Assembly (NCBI RefSeq): GCF_009914755.1 | Contig: NC_060925.1 | Direction: 5' to 3' (one strand) | Length of the DNA stretch: 64,000 nucleotides | DNA from: the human T2T-CHM13v2.0 reference genome, Homo sapiens | In this document: piece by piece, positions 59,314-64,000 of the stretch | How positions within the stretch are numbered: position 1 is the stretch's first letter | Layout: every line of letters begins with the position of its first letter | The notes under the pieces: model-generated | Told to the model about the DNA's origin: nothing | Seen by the model: the letters and a program-made list of their open reading frames with translations, nothing else | The model's database searches: none | Position numbers and translations under genes: made by a program

Positions 59314-59419
59314 TGCAAAGACAGGTTGTTGAATATTTTCTCTCTCATCACTAAGAAGGCCTCCCTGCTGGGTGTAATCAAGAACCATAAACTCGCCTTG
59401 CGGCTCGAGTCAGTGTGAA
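59314..59419 (+). repeat. Unique-sequence duplication pair 1, copy B
   Basis: Aligns to 57556-57656; preceded by (CT)n at 59274-59297. Confidence 0.95.
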
Positions 59420-59994
59420 TCGAGCCCCAGTCAGCTTTCCTCGATTCAGACACGCTCTGGCCGGCTGACAGCACGGGCCAGGCCGGCGGGTGACGGCCAG
59501 GCTGCTCTCGCAGATGCATCCGAAGGGGCTGCAGCCAGTGGGGCTGGGTCTCATAGAGTCTCCGCCACTGGCTCTGTAATGACCCGGCATGGAATTCAGG
59601 GCGCCTCTCCTGAAAGGTCAGGAAGGAGAGAAATCAATGCCTGCAGACAAGGAGTCCGTGCATTGACAGGTGCCACAGGCACTCCTTGGCCCTCACCCCA
59701 TGTCCCCAGGTCCCCGGGGAGAGGAGACAGACAGGATGACCTCTCAGACTTGGCAGTTATTTCTGATGAGCAGCCTGACCAGATGGCTTTCTCTCTGGTT
59801 TTTAGAATTGTTCCTTTCAAGGTGGAAGAGGGCATGGACCTAGTGTTGCCCCAGTGGGCTAGGGTTGGGCTGGAGGGTGGTGATATTGGAATAAGAAGGG
59901 AGAGTGAAGGAGAGGCACCTGGGGAGCTGGGCTGGTGGCTGGTTGGCTGCTAAGGGAGCTGTCCTGTTCTTTGCCTATAAAGACAGGAACAGCA

Positions 59995-60096
59995 AGGGTA
60001 AGAAGTCTTCAGAGGGAAAGCTGGGGAGGAGCCTTTCCCGTCTTTCCTTGACTTTCTGTCTCTGACAATGTTACTGCCACTGCCTGGACCCCTGGG
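59995..60096 (+). repeat. Unique-sequence duplication pair 2, copy C
   Basis: 97/102 identical to 62267-62368. Confidence 0.95.
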
Positions 60097-60199
60097 CCAG
60101 ATGGTCCCTCCTTCCTGAAAGAGCTGCTTCCAATATCCCTTTCAAAAGATACCCTCCTCCTGCCAGCCAGCAAACCTTTAGGACACCTGAGTGGTTTCC

Positions 60200-60540
60200 C
60201 AAATATGCCTTGTACATTCCCACCTCCAGGCCTTTGTGTTTGCCATTTTCCCTGCCAGGCAGGCCCTCTCTTCCTTCTTTTTCTGGTAAGCTCCTTCCTA
60301 CCTGTCCTTCCAGGCTCAGCAGAAATGTCTCCTTTTTTGAGGAGCTTTACCCGACCAGGCTGAGGTCACCGGTGGCTCCTGGGGAACTCATGCAATTCAG
60401 CCCTTAACATACTATGTTGTGGGGATCTGTCCATCTGCCCTTTGGGTGAGAGCTTCCCCTCTAGGGTTGGGACTGAGTCTGACTCAGCTTTACGTGCCCA
60501 GGGCCCAGCACTGAGTCTGTTGGGATGAACAGGATAGAAG
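60200..60540 (+). mobile_element. L2 3' fragment
   Basis: ttcccacctccaggcctttgtgtttgccattttccctgcc...cttccaggctcagc...cccagggcccagcac. Confidence 0.6.
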
Positions 60541-62266
60541 TTTTATCACCAAGTTTCAACACTGCTCTCTGTCTGTACCTGCCTACCTGTGTACCTGTCT
60601 ACCTGTGAACCTGTGTACCTGAGTGGGAGAGTGTGCCCTGGTTTCCATGCATCAGTCTTTGCAGGAATGTCTTTCTGCCCACTCTTCCCTTCTCCACCCT
60701 CCAAACCAGATAGGATGCTCCTTGAGGGCAGGGCGAGCTCTGCTTCATCTCTAAAAGCACAAATGCAAAGTGGGAGCTGGTAAAGATGTGTGGAACTGGG
60801 TCTGGATTTTGCTAAAAGGGACCTGTTCAGGCGGGAGCCCTCTAGGCAGGGTTGCTGTTGTGGCTTCCCATGAAGGGCCTGAGCAAGTCCCTGTGCAGGG
60901 TCCAAATGCTCACTCTTCATGGGGTGGGAGGGTCCTTTCCATTCAAGCATGGAGAAGCTGCAGCCCCAGAATCTGCAGGCTCAGCCTCAGGGGCTGGCTG
61001 TCCACGTTGGGTCTTCACATTCCCATTAGCCAGTTGTGGGGCTAGCCCTGGGGCTCTTCTCCCGGGGCTGCCAAATACGATGGCTCTCCAGAACAAAGGG
61101 CAGCGTTGTTTCTGCTGCTGCCTCCATAGCCTCCCTTGGGAGGCCGGGAGCCAGGACTCAGACAAAGTGTGGGTTTCCTCTCAGGTGGACAGCACGCCTG
61201 CCCTCCCGCCTATGCAGAGGCCACAGAGATATTGCCCACCAGATTCAGGGCTCTCATAACTCTTTCAAGACAATCACTTTATTTATATGACTTTGTTTAA
61301 AAAACCCACAGACGATCCACCACGGGGACATCTCCGACTGGCTCAGCTTGGTTCTCTCCTATCCTCTGAGTCCATAACTCTTAGTCTTTTGATTCTCCCA
61401 GTCCACACACTATAAAAATCTTATTTCTATAAGGTCTTTTATGGTTACCAAGATAGTCAATAGTGTCATTTTCATTCATATCATTCTGCAGGGAAGTTAG
61501 AGGAAACGAACCAGACAGAGGAGAGCTATAAATAAGGTTCAGCTACACAAGGCCCCAAGCAGATCCCACTGTGTTCTTTTAAAACTACTCATGCACAGAA
61601 TACACACACACGACATATACCTATGCACATGTATGCCCAGTCATGCTAGAGACAGGTGCACACGAACTCACCCATGCACACAGGATGCTTTGTCCACATG
61701 CTGCTTGCATACACACACGCATGTATGTGCTTGCACAATTTAGCAGTTTTAGAAAAAAGCCCTTTATGGGATTTGCCTGTCTTTGGAGGGCCAAGAGCAG
61801 GCAGCAGTACTTGCTGTGGTGAGATGGGGGTACTGAAGCAGGCCAGCTCAGAGAACGCATTCCAAAGCCATGAACTGCAAGGCTGGGCACCTGGCCATCC
61901 ATGAGCTCATGTGTGGGGAGCTTTGGAATTCCCGCCAACACAGGAGCTTAGCTCCGGCCTGAGTGGCAGAGGCAGCCACCCAGCCAGCACTGAGAATGCC
62001 GGGCCACTCTCAGAGCTTCCTCTGACTGTCTCTTGGTGTCATCTGAGGGCCAAACCCCTCATTCTTTGGAGGAGAGCCAGCTAGCTTCACCATTCTGGTT
62101 TGTGCCTTGCTGCCACACCTGATTGTCCACAGCCCTGCTGCCCACAGCTTTGCCTTCAGGGCAGGACCCCAGAGGAGGAGCATAAGTTGTGGCCCTAGAA
62201 CAGAAAGCAGGAAGCCTTGGGCACTGAGGCCCAAGAGAGGCAGAGAGAGAGCTGGCAGGGGAGGGG

Positions 62267-62368
62267 AGGGTAAGAAGTCTTCCGAGGGAAAGCTGGGGAG
62301 GAGCCTTCCCCATCTTTCCCTGACTTTCTGTCTCTGACAATGTTATTGCCACTGCCTGGACCCCTGGG
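62267..62368 (+). repeat. Unique-sequence duplication pair 2, copy D
   Basis: 97/102 identical to 59995-60096. Confidence 0.95.
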
Positions 62369-62994
62369 AGCAGGTAGGGGAAGGGAGGGGCTGCATGGCT
62401 AGTGCCAGAGAACTGTACTCTCCTTAGAGAATTCCAGGCTCATTGGCCTGGGGTGCAGAGGAAGGAATGGCCGCTAGAGTCAAGAGGTCTGGGTTCTAGC
62501 ACTGACTAGCTGCACACTGCAGCCTTTTGCGATGCTGGGCAGACACCCTCCCCTCTCAGGGCCGCTATACCCCAGTGAACCGTAAGGAGGGATGCGCTCT
62601 CAGGTTCCTCCTAGTTTGGGAACTGCAGGTGGATTAGGCACACTTCAGGGTTCCAGGGCAGGTGTGTCTCCTTAGCTTCCCCATCTGCAAAATGGGGCTG
62701 ATGATTTTTTACTGTTGGCGACATCCCAGGGACACTGTGAGGGAAACTGGGCGAAAGTCCAGGTGTACGGATGAGCTTATTTGGGAACTGGTGGCTTTGG
62801 AACTCATAACGAATGCAACCCATCAGGGTGCCCAAGACCTTGCAAAGGATCCCCTCCTACCCCCAGCTTCTTTCTTCCTCCTTACTACCCAGCACCCCCT
62901 GTACTCCCCCAGCACTGGAGAGCTGAGAATGCAGCCCAGGGCTCTGAGCTCGAGGCCTTGGAATTCCTCTATTCCCCTACTGCCTTCTTCAAGG

Positions 62995-63210
62995 GAACTA
63001 TTAATTGTAATTTAAGCCTCCCAAGTTAAAAGCAGCGTGCAGATTTAAGGATTCTTTCATCCCAATTACACATCGTTTCTGGCTGCACTTTAGTGCCAGG
63101 CTTTTATCTGTTGTTCTGGGGAATCACTTATTGGCCAGAGCAGCGGGCTCCACGCAGATTGCTCCCTGATTATGTTTAATGGCAAATGGAGAGTTAACTC
63201 TCCTCCCTCC
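62995..63210. promoter_or_regulatory. AT-rich conserved-element-like block
   Basis: Multiple TAAT/ATTA cores, tgattatgtttaatgg, 16-bp palindrome ggagagttaactctcc. Confidence 0.4.
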
Positions 63211-64000
63211 CCGGAGCTGTGTCGGCACTTTTCCCAGCCCAGCCGAGAGCAGCCCAGGGGAACAGGAGGGCATGGAATGGGGGAGCTGCAGGGACCTCCA
63301 TGTCCTGGGACTGTTTGTGCAGGGCTCCGAGGGGACCCATGTGGCTCAGGGTGGCTAAGGGGGCAATGCTGCCCCCACCCGCTGGATGACCCAAGTGCTG
63401 TGTTTCAAATGCTGATAGCAGCCCTTTGTTTATTCTACACATTCCACTACCATGGGAGGCTACTGTGCATTCATGCCTTGGGCTGGCCTGTTTCCTCACC
63501 CACACTGGAGTGTGCCCGGCAGTTAGGGCCACTGCATCAGTCTTATACACACTTGCACACTCCGGGTGAGCCCAGCTCCTGAACCTGCACTGCCACACGC
63601 ACACTCACACACACTCACACTCACAATCAACATCTCCATGTGCACGATCACACTCGACTTGCATAGACTCCCTACTCTCACCTGCGAGCACGCTCTCAGC
63701 TCAGTCCCAAACATGCACAGGGCTGGACCCTTCTCCACCATCAAATGGAGACTTTTCTGTCTGTCTTTTTGTCTTTTGCTCACAGAATTAGGCTGCCAGA
63801 GGAGCTTGGAGTGGATCTTGGAATGTCAGGTGATGAGATCATAGACTCAGACCCCTGTGCCATTGAGCCCCCAGGGTCACTCACTTCCACTGGGTTCCTG
63901 AGCCCCAGTAGGATTGTACCTTGACACAGAGTTTGGGCTGGCTCAGTCCTTTGGATGCTACTCTGTAAATCTCAAACTCGACGCTCCAAAGCAGAGCTCC

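Overview
Primate (almost certainly human) non-coding DNA with no credible protein-coding gene; the ORF track is explained by Alu/L1 remnants, low-complexity tracts and chance. The window is identifiable from the pre-miRNA hairpin at 12429-12527, whose 3' arm carries UGAGUGUUGUCUACGAGGGCA, which I recall as hsa-miR-3659. From memory this places the window in the 1p34.3 gene desert 5' of POU3F1 (OCT6); confirm by BLAT. Much of the window is interspersed repeats: about 23 Alus, many MIR and L2 fragments, old L1M, L3/CR1, MaLR/ERVL LTRs, MER5, MER63, MER102 and MADE1. Between them lie repeat-free, AT-rich, enhancer-like blocks dense in POU/octamer, HOX/CDX and SOX motifs, plus an orphan CpG island at about 57.1-57.8 kb. 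Highlights: (1) the MIR3659 hairpin looks like a single 54-bp serial template-switch insertion, i.e. de novo miRNA birth; (2) two separate pairs of ~100-bp unique-sequence direct duplications about 2 kb apart, one of them a CpG-retaining, enhancer-like core; (3) recurrent palindromic POU sites suggesting POU3F1 auto/cross-regulation; (4) structurally odd Alus (twin-primed 5' inversion, L-R-R trimer, candidate Alu exon, template-switch hairpins). Repeat boundaries and subfamilies were read by eye and are approximate.
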